A stretch of DNA of 64,000 nt from an uncultured Candidatus Binatia bacterium (GTDB lineage: Bacteria; Desulfobacterota; Binatia; UBA9968; JAJDTQ01), in assembly GCA_965215605.1 (NCBI GenBank), contig OZ244070.1:2880001-2944000 (forward strand), read 5' to 3'. The position numbers and the translations under genes were made by a program. Below, piece by piece: positions 16,317 to 27,012 of the stretch (position 1 is its first letter; every line of letters starts with the position of its first letter). The notes beneath the pieces were generated by a model, which saw only the letters and a program-made list of their open reading frames with translations, made no database searches and was not told where the DNA came from.

Positions 16317-19300
16317 ATGAAGAGCAAGGACCGTTCCCCGTCGTCCCGAGCGCCGGGCGTACGGGCGAAGAGTTCCGACCGCCGGGCTTCCGGGACCGCC
16401 GAGCCCATCGCCATCGTCGGCATGGCGTGCCGGTTCCCCGGCGCGCCGGACATTTCCTCCTTCTGGCGCCTGCTCGAAGCCGGCGGCAACTCCATCACCG
16501 AAAGCACACCGGCTTTCGGTGTCGGGCGCGTGGGCCAGATTTTCCCTGACGGTACGGTGCCCCGCGAAGCCTGCCGTTTCGGCGCCTTCGTCGACGACAT
16601 CGAGCTGTTCGACGCCGGTTTCTTCCGGATCTCGCCGGTGGAAGCCCAACTGCTGGACCCGCAACAGCGCATGATGCTGGAGACCAGTTGGCAGGCCCTG
16701 GAGGACGCGGGGATCGACCCGGACCGGCTCAAGGAGAGCCTCACCGGCGTGTACACCGGCATCAGCAACGACGAGTACCGGATGCTGGTGGTGGATTCGA
16801 CCAAGCCTTCCGGGGCCGCCGAGTGCCTCTATGCCCTGAGCGGTACCAACCTGAACGGCACCAGCGGGCGCGTCTCCTTCGTGCTGGGCCTCATGGGGCC
16901 GGCGAAAGCGGTGGACGCCGCCTGCGCCTCGTCCCTGGTGTCGGTACACGACGCGGTGGCGGACCTCCAGCAGGGGAAGGCGGACCTGGCCATTGCCGGC
17001 GGGGTCCAGGCCATGCTGAACAGCCGCATCTACGAGCTGCGGGCGGACGCCATGATGCTGTCCCCGGACGGACAGAGCAAGGCGTTCGACGCCTCCGCCA
17101 ACGGCTACGTTCGGGGCGAGGGTTGCGGGGTCGTGGTGCTGAAGCGCCTGAGCGACGCGGAGGCCGACGGCGACCGGATCTGGGCGGTGATCCGAGGCGC
17201 GGCGGTGAACCACGGCGGCGCCAGCTCCGGTCTGACGGTGCCGCACACGCCCGCCTTGGTGCAGGTCATCGAAACGGCGCTGTCGCAGGCGGGAATACCA
17301 CCGGCGGAGGTGGACTACCTGGAGGCTCACGGCACCGGCACGGCCGTGGGCGACCCCATCGAGATCAACGCCGTGGCCGATGTCTACGGCAGGGGACGCG
17401 ACCCCGACCACCCGCTTCTGGTGGCTTCGGTGAAGACCAACATCGGCCATCTGGAGTCGGCGGCCGGGATCGCCGGCCTGATCAAGACGGCGCTTGTGGT
17501 CAATCGGGGCGTCCTTCCGAAGCACCTGCATTTCCGGGATCCCAATCCCCGTCTCGACTGGAACCGTCTGCCGCTGCGCATCACCACGGCCCTGATGGAC
17601 TGGCCCAACCGTCCCGGCCGGCCGCGCCGCGCCGGCGTGAACTCCTTCGGGATATCCGGCACCAACGCCCATATCGTGGTGGAGGAGTATCTCGCCCCGG
17701 AGGAGACGTCCGGAGAGGAACACCGGGCCGTCGGCCCGGCCCGGGTGGTGGCGGTCTCGCTGCCCGAGACCGCGGCGGACCTGCCGTTGCCGGAGCAGGG
17801 GCTCGGTCCACGGTCGGCCCGTTTCCTGCCGCTCTCGGGCAAGTCGCCGGCTGCACTCCGGGAACTCGCGGCACGGTATCTGTCGTGGCTCGACGAACCC
17901 CCGGAGAACCTGTCGGCCGAAGGCGCGGCTTCGGAGCCGGCGCTGTCGGACATGGCATGGACGGCCGGGGTGGGACGGAGCCACTTCGATCAACGCGCCG
18001 GCGTGGTCTTCCACGATGCCAGCTCCTTGCGCGAGGGGCTGAAGGCCCTGACCCAGTCGGGCGAGGACGCCGGGCCGGCGGCCAACACGGTGGCATTCGC
18101 CTACACCGGACAGGGAAGCCAGTGGGTCGGCATGGGCCGGACGCTCTACGAGAGCGAGCCGGTGGCGCGGGCGGTGCTCGACCGGTGCGAGTCGGTGTTC
18201 CGGGAGCAGCGGGGGACCTCCCTGCTGGACGTGATGTTCGGCAGGACCGGAGGGGAAGGGGACCTGGGCGATACGGCCTGGGAACAGCCGGCGCTCTATG
18301 CGCTGGAGTGTGCGCTCACCGCGCTGTGGGCGAGCGTGGGTGTCCGGCCCGCGGCCGTCCTCGGGCACAGCGTGGGCGAAATCGCGGCGGCCCAGGCCGC
18401 GGGCGTGTTCAGCCTGGAGGACGGGATGAGGCTGGCGGCGACGCGGGGCACTCTCCTGTCCGGCATCGATCCGGGCGCCATGGCCGCGGTCTTTGCGCCG
18501 GCGGCGCGCGTGGCGGCCGTGGTCGAGGCGGCCAACGACGCATCGGCTGGAGTCGGTGTCAACATCTCGGCGGATAATGGAACCCACCAAGTGGTCAGCG
18601 GACCGGTGGCGGGCATCGAAAACCTCTCGAAGCGCTTCGATTCGGAAGGCATCCGGGTCAGGCGGCTGAACACGACCAAAGCGTTCCACAGCGCGCTGGT
18701 GGAGCCAGCTCTGGACGCGCTGGAAGCGTTCCTGGGCGGCGTGACCGTCGAGTCCCCCTCCCTGGCGGCGGTGGTCAGCAACCTGACCGGCCGGGTGGTG
18801 GAGGCGGGCGAGAGGCTGGACGGGGTCTACTGGCGGCGGCATGCACGGGAGCCGGTGGCGTTCGCGTCCGGCGTCCGCACGTTGGCGGAGTTCGGCGTGG
18901 ACCTCGTGGTGGAGATCGGCCCGCACTCGGTGTTGGCCCCGATGGCGGTGTCGGCCTGGCCCGAGTCCCCTGGGAGGCCGGCGCCAAGGGTGCTGCCGAG
19001 CCTGTCCAGACCGTCCGGCGACGACCCGGCCGACCCGGATGACGGCTTCGTCGAGGCGGTGGCCGGGGCGTACCGGGCGGGGCTGCCGGTTCGTTTCGAG
19101 GGGCTCTTCGCGGGAGAGGCGCGGCGACGCATCCCGTTGCCGGGGTATCCGTTTCAACGGGAACGCCATTGGCTGGAGGCGCCGAAACAACGGCGCGGGA
19201 GCGACGGCCACCCGCTGCTGGGCGTCCGGCATGAGTCCGCTCGCGGCGAGATCTCCTTCGAGACGGAAGTCTTCCCGTCGGATCCCGCGTGGCTGAGCGA

Positions 19301-22300
19301 CCACCGGCTGTTCGGGCGGGTGGTGGCCCCGGCCGCGCTCTACGGCGCCATGGCGGCAACGGCGGCCCTCGCCGAGGGCGGCGGAGCGGTGGTGGAAGAC
19401 ATGCAACTGCACAACCCGCTGGTGTTTCCGGAGCAGGAGTCCGGGGACGGTGCGGGTGAGGACGGCCGGAGAGTCCAGGTCGTGCTCGACGCTCCCGGGC
19501 AGGCGGCGTCCCGCGGCGTCCAGCTCTTCAGCAAGGGGAGTGATGGGGAATGGACGGTGCACGTGGAGGGACGCGTGCCGTCGGGCGCCCCCGCGCCGCA
19601 ACCGGTGACTCGGGTGGATCTGGACGGTCTGAAGGCCGGCATGGCGCCGGTGGAGGTGGCGGACTACTATCGGGCCAGGGCAGAAACGGGGATCGACCTC
19701 GGTCCGTCCTTCCGCAGCCTCGGGAGAATCTGGGCGCGACCGGGCGAGGCGTTGGGCGAGGTCTCCTTTCCGGAAGCGCTCGGGCGCAACGGCCTGGATG
19801 TCCACCCGCTGGTGCTGGACGGTTGCTTTCAGGTCGTGGGGGCCGCACGCGGCCTCACCGGAACCCAGGGTGCGACCACGTACCTGCCGTTCGGATGGGA
19901 GCGCTTGTGGCTGGCGGGGCGGCTGCCGGAGAGGGTCGTCTGCCACGTGCGCATGAACATGGCATCCCCGGAGCCGGAGGAGGTGACGGGTGAAGCGCCG
20001 GAGGTCCTGAGCGGGGACCTGAACATCTACGACCCCGACGGGGTGCTGCTCGGCGTATTGAGCGGATACACGGTGAAGCGGGCCACGCGGGAGGCGCTGC
20101 TGTCGGCGGTCGAAGGCGTGAAGGATCTGTTGTACGAAGTCGTGTGGCGCGACTCCGCCCTCGCCCCGGGCCTGTTGCCGGCGGACTTCTTCCCGAGTCC
20201 GGCCACCGTCGCCGCGGCCTCGCAGTCGTTCTCCGGCTACCTGACCGGCGCGGACGTGGATCCCGAGGACCGGTGTGCCTTGCTGGAGGACCTGGAGCGG
20301 TGGTCCTGGTCCTACGCGCTCGCGACCCTCGACAAGCTGCGCTGGCGGCGCAGGGCGGGCGAGGTGGTGGATCCCGAAGACCTGCGTCAACGGCTGGGCG
20401 TCAAGGAGGAGCACAAGCGCCTCTTTCGGCGGATGCTCGAGATGCTCGCCAGATCAGGCGTCCTGGAGGAAGCCGGCGACGGGTTCACCGTGGTGGTGGG
20501 TTCGAGGGACCGGTGGCCGGATGAAATGCCGCCCTATCCCGATTTGTTCGGCGAGCAGATGGCGGACCTGTACCCGGACGGCTCCATCGAGGTCGGGCTG
20601 TTCAGGAGGTCGGGAGCCGCCCTGGCCGACGTACTTCGCGGCCGGGCCGATCCGCTGACGCTCCTGTTCAGCAGCGGCGAGCCCACCGCGGCGGATCTGT
20701 ATCTCAAGGCGCCGGTGGCGCGCGTGGCCAACCGGATGCTGGCGGACGCGGTCCAGGTGCTGGTGGCCTGGATACCGGAAGGACGGCGGCTGCGGGTGCT
20801 GGAGATCGGAGCGGGCACGGGGTCGGCCACCGCGTCCGTGCTGCCGGAGCTTGCGGACGGCCGCTTCGACTACATCTACACGGATATCTCCGCGGGCTTC
20901 TTCGCGGAAGCCGAGGCGCGGTTCGGCAACGAGGGCATCGAGTACCGGCCGCTGGACATCGAGAAGGATCCCATCCCCCAAGGCTTCGAGTCCCACGGTT
21001 ACGACCTGTTGATCGCGTCCAACGTGCTGCACGCCACCCGGTACCTGCCGGCGACGCTGGGCCACTGCCTGGACCTGCTGGCGCCGTCGGGACACCTGAT
21101 CGCCCTCGAGAATCTCAGCGGCCTGGGCTGGATGGATCTGACCTTCGGACAGTTGGACGGGTGGTGGCGGTTCGCCGACGACTACCGCCCGCACCACGCC
21201 CTGGCGAACCCGGCGGTGTGGCGGCGGGCACTCGGCGACGCTGGCTTCACGGGAGCGGAAGTGCTGGGGCCGGACGAGTCCGAAACGGACAGGATGCCGG
21301 ACAAGGGCGTCATCGTGGCCCAAGGTCCGGCGCAGGTGACGGAACCCCCGGGCGTGTGGGTGCTCGCCGCGGACCACGGCGGTGTGGCGGCCGAGTTGGC
21401 AACCGAGCTGGCGGCGCGTAACCAGACCGTCGTGCTGGCGGATGGCGAAGCCTCGGGAAGCCTGGAGAACCACGGGGCCGGTGTTCTCAGGACGGCCGTG
21501 GACGCGGAGGACCGTGAGGCGTGGCGATCGCTGTTGGAGGGCCTGCCTCAAGACATACCGTTCAACGGGGTGGCACACCTGGCGGGGCTGGACGGTCACG
21601 GGGCCGAAGCCGAGGCCGCGGAGATCGCCGAGGACGTGAGCCGCGCCGGGGCAAGCGCGCTGGCGCTGACGCAGGCCGTGGCCGATGTCGACGTGACGCC
21701 GGCCAAGGGCGTCTGGTTCGTCACCCGCGGGGCGCAGGTGCTGGAACGGGAGCGCGGCGGCGAGCTTGCCGGCGCCATACTGTGGGGTTTCGGCAAGGCG
21801 GTGGCGCGGGAGGCGGCGCACCTCCAGCCGAGGATGATCGATCTGGACCCCGGAGACACGGCCCCCGTGCCCGATCTCCTGAGCGAGCTGCTGTATCCCG
21901 ATCCGGAGAACCACATCGCGTACCGCTCGGGACGCCGTCGGGTGGCGCGTCTGGTCCGGGCGGGCGCGGGGGTGGAACGGCTGTCCCTGCCGGAACAGCC
22001 GGAGTGGACGCTGGCCCCGGATCCGGCCGGCGTGTTCGAGAAACCGTACGTCATGCCACTGCCGGCGCGTCCCCTGGAGCCCAGGGAAGTCCGCGTCGCG
22101 GTGGACGCTGCTGGGCTCAACTTCTGGGACGTGTTTCGTTCCCTCGGCTTCATCGAGGAGGGGAATCTGGGCCGGGAGATGTGCGGCCGCATCGTCGATG
22201 TGGGTTCGGAGGTCTCCGCCGTGTCGGCGGGCGACCCGGTGGTGGGACTGGGGTTCGGCGCGTTCGCGGCGGAAATGATCACCCACGAGGAGCTGGTGGC

Positions 22301-25300
22301 CCCCGCGCCGCCGGGGATTCCGGTGACGGGGCTCGCCACGGTGCCCAGCGCGTTCGTGTCGGCGGCCTTGTCGTACGAGTTTACCGGGCTGGAAGCCGGC
22401 GACCGCGTGCTGATTCACGCCGGCGCCGGGGGCGTGGGGTTGGCGGCGATCCAGTTGGCGCAGGCGGCGGGAGCCGAGGTCTTCGCCACCGCCAGCGCGC
22501 CGGAGCAGGCGTATCTCCGGTCGCTGGGAGTGGATCATATCTACGACAGCCGTCAGACGGCGTTCGGGAAGGAGATACTCGACGACACGGATGGCGCGGG
22601 CATGGACGTGGTGCTGAACAGCCTGACGGGAGAAGGCTTCATCGACGCCAGCCTGTCCTGCCTGAAGCACGGCGGCCGGTTCGTGGAGCTGGCCCGGCGT
22701 GACATCCTGAGCGCGGACGAGATGGCGGCGGCGCGTCCGGACGTGGCCTACCTGATCTTGGACCTGGACGTACTCAAGAAGACCGACCCGGCGTGGGTAG
22801 GAAGGGTCCTGCGGGGGGTGATGGAGCGCTTGGTGGCGAAAGAGCTGGAACCCATCATTCACAGCAGGTGGCCGCTGTCCGAAGCGGGGGCCGCCTTGAG
22901 CTTCATGCGCTCGGCGCGGCACCTCGGCAAGATCGTCGTGACCGCCTCGCCGCTGGCGACGGGCCGGTTGCGGCAGGACCGGAGCTACCTGGTGACCGGC
23001 GGTCTGGGCGGAATCGGCTGCGCCGTGGCCGGTTGGCTGGCAGACCACGGAGCCGGGACCATCGTCCTCAACGGGCGCCGGGCTCCGGACGACGCCGCCG
23101 ACGAGGCCATCGACGCTCTCAGGGAACGCGGGGTGACGGTGCGGGTGGAGCTGGCGGACGTCAGCGACGCGGCCGCGGTGGACGCGATGCTGGAGCGGAT
23201 CGATGGCGAACTGCCGCCCCTCGGCGGCGTGATCCACAGCGTGGGCGTGCTGTCGGACGGCGCCCTGACCAACCAGAGCTGGGAGCGGTTCGAAACGGTG
23301 CTGTGGCCGAAAGTGCTGGGGGGCTGGCACCTGCACCGTGCGACCGCGGACCGTGATCTGGAGTTCTTCATCCTGTTTTCGAGTCGGGTCGGCGTCATGG
23401 GCAATCCCGGCCAGGCCAACCACGCTTCGGCCAATGCCTTTCTGGACCAGCTCGCCGGCCACCGCCGGGCGCTGGGGCTTCCGGGGCAGAGCATCGCCTG
23501 GGGGGCGTGGTCCGAGATCGGCGAGGCCGCGGAACAACGGGAACGCATCGACCTGCAACGGACGGCCTTGGGCGGGCGCTGGTTTACCCCGCAGCAGGGT
23601 CTCCGGGCATTGGACCAGTTGGTGCGGCAGGATGCCACCCACTCCGTGGTCATGGCGATGGACTGGTCGATGTTCGAAGAGGCGGTGGAAGACCGTCCGC
23701 TCTTTCTGGAAGACCTGCTGACCGCCGCGGCCGACGACGACGCCGGCACCGGGGCGTCGTCGGACGATCTGCTTTCCCGGCTGCGGGGAACCTCGGTGGG
23801 GTCGCCCGAAGAGTTGCTCGTGTCCTTCCTGCAACAGGAGGTCCGGGCGGTGCTGAGGCTGCCGGCAACGCCGGCCCCCACGGTGGGGTTCTTCGACCTG
23901 GGGATGGACTCGCTGATGGCGGTGGAGCTGCGAAACCGGCTGAACCGGGCGCTGGCGGACGTGTACACGGTGCCCAACACCGCGGTGTTCGACTACCCGG
24001 ACATCGCCGCCCTGGCGCGGCATCTGGTCGGGGAGCTTGGCGAAGTGGGCAGCGCGCTCGTTCCGCAGGCACAACCCGAGACACGGGCCGAGGCACAGCC
24101 CGCGGCACAGGCAACGCCGGCCGTGCGCCACGGGGACGACGGCATCGCCATCGTCGGCATGGCATGCCGCTTCCCCGGCGCTTCGGACCTGTCGGCCTTC
24201 TGGCGCCAGCTCGAAGCGGGCGAGAACGCGGTGACGGACCGGCGCCGGGATGCCGTTTCCTCGGACGATCTCGCCGCGGGCCTTCCCGCCGAGTATGCGG
24301 CTTACGCCCGGGGCGGGTTCGTGGATGGGATCGAAGGGTTCGACGCGGAATTCTTCCGGATTACGCCCATCGAGGCGCGCATGATGGATCCCCGGCAGCG
24401 CATGATGCTGGAGACCACTTGGCAGGCTGTCGAGGATGCCGGGATGGACCCGGGCGGGTTGAGGGGCAGCCGCACCGGAATCTACGCCGGCATCGGCACC
24501 AGCGAGTACCGGGACCTGATGACGGCCGGCGCTTACGGCGTGAGCTACCTGGGCACCGCCGCGAGCATGGCCGTTGGGCGGGTGGCTTTCCATCTGGGGG
24601 TGGAGGGGCCGACCATGCCGGTGGATCTCGACTGTGCGTCGTCGCTGGTGGCGGTGCATCACGCGTTGGCGGGTTTGCGTGGAGGTGAAGTGGACATGGC
24701 CCTGGTGGGCGGCGTGGCCGCGGTGCTGTCGCCGGGAATCACCCGGGAGATGGCCGATCTGGGGATGCTGTCGCGAGGAGGTCAGTGCAGGGCCTTCGAC
24801 GCCGCCGCGGATGGCTTCGTGCGCGGCGAGGGCTGCGGCATGGTGGTCCTCAAGCGGCTGGGCGACGCGGTAGCCGACGGCGATTGCATCTGGGGCGTGA
24901 TCCGTGGTTCGGCGGTGAACCAGAACGGCGCCAGCGCGGGGCCGACGGTGCCCAACGGCCGGGCGCAGGCGCGGGTGATCGAAGAGGCGCTGTCCCGGGC
25001 GGGTGTGGCGCCCTCCGAAGTGGATTATCTGGAGACCCACGGGGCGGGGTCGCAGTTGGGCGATACCATCGAGGTCCAGGCGGCGGCCGCGGTCTACGGC
25101 AAGGGGCGCAAGCCGGAGCAGCCGCTCCTGATCGGCTCGGTGAAGACCAACATCGGCCACCTGGAGCCGGCCGCCGGGGTCGCGGGCCTGATCAAGACGG
25201 TACTGGCCATGAAGCGAGGCGTGATCCCGAAGCAACTCCATTTCGACGCCCCGAATCCGAACGTGGATTGGGAGCGGTTGCCGGTGCGCGTGACGTCAGA

Positions 25301-26645
25301 GGCGGTGGCGTGGCCTGCCGGTTCCGACCGGCCGCCGTTGGCGGCGGTCAGCGCGTTCGGGATCTCGGGGACCAACGCGCATGTCGTGGTGGGGGGATAC
25401 GCGCCCCCGGGCGGGGGATCCGGTGGTTCGGATGAAGGGAATTGGCCGCAGGGTTCCGCCGTCTCCGTTCCCGTGCTGTTGCCGGACGCGGCTGCGCCAC
25501 CCGCCGGTGGGGAGGTTGTGGTACGCACCGTTCGGTTGTTGCCGCTGTCGGGAAAGACCGATGGCGCGCTCCGGGAGTCGGCGCGGCGGTACCTTTCGTG
25601 GCTGGACGAACGCGGGAACGAGCCTTCTTTGGAGGACGCCGCCCCGGAACGCCGGCTCTCGGACATGGCCTGGACGGCGGGCGTGGGGCGGAGCCATTTC
25701 GATTGCCGGAAGGCTCTCGTCTTCCGCGACGCCGCGTCGCTTCGGGAGGGATTGAAGAGCTTGGCGGAGGGGAGCGGGGAGGGCGAGCCGGTGACGGCGA
25801 CGAAGGTGGCTTTCGTTTATTCCGGCCAGGGCCGCCAGTGGGCCGGCATGGGCCGGGCGCTTTACGAAGACGAGCCCCTCGCGCGGGCGGTCCTGGACCG
25901 GTGTGAAGCGGTCGTGCGGCAGGAGCGTGACGCGTCGCTCCTGGACGTCATGTTCGGCGGGACGGGCGGCGAAGGGGGGCCGGACGAACCGGGATGGATG
26001 CGGCCGGCGGTCTACGCGCTGGAATGCACACTGACGGCGCTGTGGTCGAGCGTCGGGATTCGACCGGGCGTGGCAATGGGCCGTGGCCCGGGAGAACTTG
26101 CGGCGGCGCAGGCGGCCGGAGTGTTCGGTCTGGAAGAAGGGTTGCGTTTGGCCATGGCCTCGGCAAGGGAAGGCCGGGAACCGGGTCCGGGCGGTTTGGA
26201 GGCGGTCCTGGCCGGCGTCGCGTTGGCGCCGCCGTCCCTGGTGCTGGTGAGTGGCGAGACCGGGTGCGTCGTGGAGTCGGGTGATGTGCTCGACAAGGCC
26301 TACTGGACCAGGCAAGGGCGCGAGCCCGCCTCGTTCACCGAATGCGTCCAGGCGCTGGCGTCGATGGATGTGGACGTCGTGGTGGAGATCGGTGTGCCGG
26401 ATCCGGGGGAACGGGCGGATACGGGCGCGGACCGCGGGACGCCGGTGGTGCTGACGAGCCTCCGGCGTGATGCGCCGCCGGACAACGGGTTCGTCGAGGC
26501 GGTGGCCGGCGCCTACGAGGCGGGGCTGGAGGTGTCCTTTGCCGGCCTCTTCGCGGGAGAGAGCCGTCGCCGGATCTCGCTGCCCGGCTACCCGTTCGAG
26601 CGTCGCCGCTACTGGATCGAGGCGCGCAAACGGCCGCCCGCCTGA
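16317..26645 (+). CDS. supA: Sup-type type I PKS/FAS: KS-AT-DH-cMT-ER-KR-ACP-KS-AT(inactive)
   Basis: KS DAACASS/HGTGT/GHLE; AT GHSVG, KAFH; DH HRLFGRVVAP; MT LEIGAGTGS; ER LIHAGAGGVG; KR GGLGGIG; ACP LGMDSL; KS2 DLDCASS; AT2 GRGPG. The order matches the sponge-symbiont ubiquitous PKS. ATG at 16317 follows GGAGG. Confidence 0.9.
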   Translation: MKSKDRSPSSRAPGVRAKSSDRRASGTAEPIAIVGMACRFPGAPDISSFWRLLEAGGNSITESTPAFGVGRVGQIFPDGTVPREACRFGAFVDDIELFDAGFFRISPVEAQLLDPQQRMMLETSWQALEDAGIDPDRLKESLTGVYTGISNDEYRMLVVDSTKPSGAAECLYALSGTNLNGTSGRVSFVLGLMGPAKAVDAACASSLVSVHDAVADLQQGKADLAIAGGVQAMLNSRIYELRADAMMLSPDGQSKAFDASANGYVRGEGCGVVVLKRLSDAEADGDRIWAVIRGAAVNHGGASSGLTVPHTPALVQVIETALSQAGIPPAEVDYLEAHGTGTAVGDPIEINAVADVYGRGRDPDHPLLVASVKTNIGHLESAAGIAGLIKTALVVNRGVLPKHLHFRDPNPRLDWNRLPLRITTALMDWPNRPGRPRRAGVNSFGISGTNAHIVVEEYLAPEETSGEEHRAVGPARVVAVSLPETAADLPLPEQGLGPRSARFLPLSGKSPAALRELAARYLSWLDEPPENLSAEGAASEPALSDMAWTAGVGRSHFDQRAGVVFHDASSLREGLKALTQSGEDAGPAANTVAFAYTGQGSQWVGMGRTLYESEPVARAVLDRCESVFREQRGTSLLDVMFGRTGGEGDLGDTAWEQPALYALECALTALWASVGVRPAAVLGHSVGEIAAAQAAGVFSLEDGMRLAATRGTLLSGIDPGAMAAVFAPAARVAAVVEAANDASAGVGVNISADNGTHQVVSGPVAGIENLSKRFDSEGIRVRRLNTTKAFHSALVEPALDALEAFLGGVTVESPSLAAVVSNLTGRVVEAGERLDGVYWRRHAREPVAFASGVRTLAEFGVDLVVEIGPHSVLAPMAVSAWPESPGRPAPRVLPSLSRPSGDDPADPDDGFVEAVAGAYRAGLPVRFEGLFAGEARRRIPLPGYPFQRERHWLEAPKQRRGSDGHPLLGVRHESARGEISFETEVFPSDPAWLSDHRLFGRVVAPAALYGAMAATAALAEGGGAVVEDMQLHNPLVFPEQESGDGAGEDGRRVQVVLDAPGQAASRGVQLFSKGSDGEWTVHVEGRVPSGAPAPQPVTRVDLDGLKAGMAPVEVADYYRARAETGIDLGPSFRSLGRIWARPGEALGEVSFPEALGRNGLDVHPLVLDGCFQVVGAARGLTGTQGATTYLPFGWERLWLAGRLPERVVCHVRMNMASPEPEEVTGEAPEVLSGDLNIYDPDGVLLGVLSGYTVKRATREALLSAVEGVKDLLYEVVWRDSALAPGLLPADFFPSPATVAAASQSFSGYLTGADVDPEDRCALLEDLERWSWSYALATLDKLRWRRRAGEVVDPEDLRQRLGVKEEHKRLFRRMLEMLARSGVLEEAGDGFTVVVGSRDRWPDEMPPYPDLFGEQMADLYPDGSIEVGLFRRSGAALADVLRGRADPLTLLFSSGEPTAADLYLKAPVARVANRMLADAVQVLVAWIPEGRRLRVLEIGAGTGSATASVLPELADGRFDYIYTDISAGFFAEAEARFGNEGIEYRPLDIEKDPIPQGFESHGYDLLIASNVLHATRYLPATLGHCLDLLAPSGHLIALENLSGLGWMDLTFGQLDGWWRFADDYRPHHALANPAVWRRALGDAGFTGAEVLGPDESETDRMPDKGVIVAQGPAQVTEPPGVWVLAADHGGVAAELATELAARNQTVVLADGEASGSLENHGAGVLRTAVDAEDREAWRSLLEGLPQDIPFNGVAHLAGLDGHGAEAEAAEIAEDVSRAGASALALTQAVADVDVTPAKGVWFVTRGAQVLERERGGELAGAILWGFGKAVAREAAHLQPRMIDLDPGDTAPVPDLLSELLYPDPENHIAYRSGRRRVARLVRAGAGVERLSLPEQPEWTLAPDPAGVFEKPYVMPLPARPLEPREVRVAVDAAGLNFWDVFRSLGFIEEGNLGREMCGRIVDVGSEVSAVSAGDPVVGLGFGAFAAEMITHEELVAPAPPGIPVTGLATVPSAFVSAALSYEFTGLEAGDRVLIHAGAGGVGLAAIQLAQAAGAEVFATASAPEQAYLRSLGVDHIYDSRQTAFGKEILDDTDGAGMDVVLNSLTGEGFIDASLSCLKHGGRFVELARRDILSADEMAAARPDVAYLILDLDVLKKTDPAWVGRVLRGVMERLVAKELEPIIHSRWPLSEAGAALSFMRSARHLGKIVVTASPLATGRLRQDRSYLVTGGLGGIGCAVAGWLADHGAGTIVLNGRRAPDDAADEAIDALRERGVTVRVELADVSDAAAVDAMLERIDGELPPLGGVIHSVGVLSDGALTNQSWERFETVLWPKVLGGWHLHRATADRDLEFFILFSSRVGVMGNPGQANHASANAFLDQLAGHRRALGLPGQSIAWGAWSEIGEAAEQRERIDLQRTALGGRWFTPQQGLRALDQLVRQDATHSVVMAMDWSMFEEAVEDRPLFLEDLLTAAADDDAGTGASSDDLLSRLRGTSVGSPEELLVSFLQQEVRAVLRLPATPAPTVGFFDLGMDSLMAVELRNRLNRALADVYTVPNTAVFDYPDIAALARHLVGELGEVGSALVPQAQPETRAEAQPAAQATPAVRHGDDGIAIVGMACRFPGASDLSAFWRQLEAGENAVTDRRRDAVSSDDLAAGLPAEYAAYARGGFVDGIEGFDAEFFRITPIEARMMDPRQRMMLETTWQAVEDAGMDPGGLRGSRTGIYAGIGTSEYRDLMTAGAYGVSYLGTAASMAVGRVAFHLGVEGPTMPVDLDCASSLVAVHHALAGLRGGEVDMALVGGVAAVLSPGITREMADLGMLSRGGQCRAFDAAADGFVRGEGCGMVVLKRLGDAVADGDCIWGVIRGSAVNQNGASAGPTVPNGRAQARVIEEALSRAGVAPSEVDYLETHGAGSQLGDTIEVQAAAAVYGKGRKPEQPLLIGSVKTNIGHLEPAAGVAGLIKTVLAMKRGVIPKQLHFDAPNPNVDWERLPVRVTSEAVAWPAGSDRPPLAAVSAFGISGTNAHVVVGGYAPPGGGSGGSDEGNWPQGSAVSVPVLLPDAAAPPAGGEVVVRTVRLLPLSGKTDGALRESARRYLSWLDERGNEPSLEDAAPERRLSDMAWTAGVGRSHFDCRKALVFRDAASLREGLKSLAEGSGEGEPVTATKVAFVYSGQGRQWAGMGRALYEDEPLARAVLDRCEAVVRQERDASLLDVMFGGTGGEGGPDEPGWMRPAVYALECTLTALWSSVGIRPGVAMGRGPGELAAAQAAGVFGLEEGLRLAMASAREGREPGPGGLEAVLAGVALAPPSLVLVSGETGCVVESGDVLDKAYWTRQGREPASFTECVQALASMDVDVVVEIGVPDPGERADTGADRGTPVVLTSLRRDAPPDNGFVEAVAGAYEAGLEVSFAGLFAGESRRRISLPGYPFERRRYWIEARKRPPA

Positions 26646-26771
26646 AGGTCGGGTTCATTGACGCACCATCCCCGGAGGGCTGGCAGTCCAAGCCTCCGAC
26701 AGATGGCGAAGTTTCATACCCGTGTGTTATAGGTTACTGCCAACTCGATTTTGACGAAAGGAGACAACACC

Positions 26772-26996
26772 ATGGCATCAAGTGAAGACCGCATCAAGCA
26801 GCTTTTTCAGGAACAGTTGGGTCGCCCCGCGAATCCTGCGGCCAGCGTCGCCGATTCGGGCGTGTCGTCCCTGGACGCGGTAGCTTTCATCAAAGCGGTG
26901 GGCGAGGAGTTCGGCGTTACGATTCCTCCCGAAGAAATCGCGAAGTTCACCACCTTCGGGGATCTGATCGCCTACGTCGATTCCCACTCCGGGTGA
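26772..26996 (+). CDS. supB: Free-standing acyl carrier protein (SupB-like)
   Basis: 74-aa acidic protein with GVSSLDA Ppant-Ser motif and EFGVTIP; AAAGGAG RBS. Confidence 0.85.
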   Translation: MASSEDRIKQLFQEQLGRPANPAASVADSGVSSLDAVAFIKAVGEEFGVTIPPEEIAKFTTFGDLIAYVDSHSG

Positions 26997-27012
26997 GGCC
27001 GTTCGGGAAACC

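Noticed and set aside
15942-25241. Very long minus-strand ORFs (1490 aa and 1595 aa) opposite supA
   Set aside because: Antisense shadows of GC-rich codon usage; no recognisable motifs.
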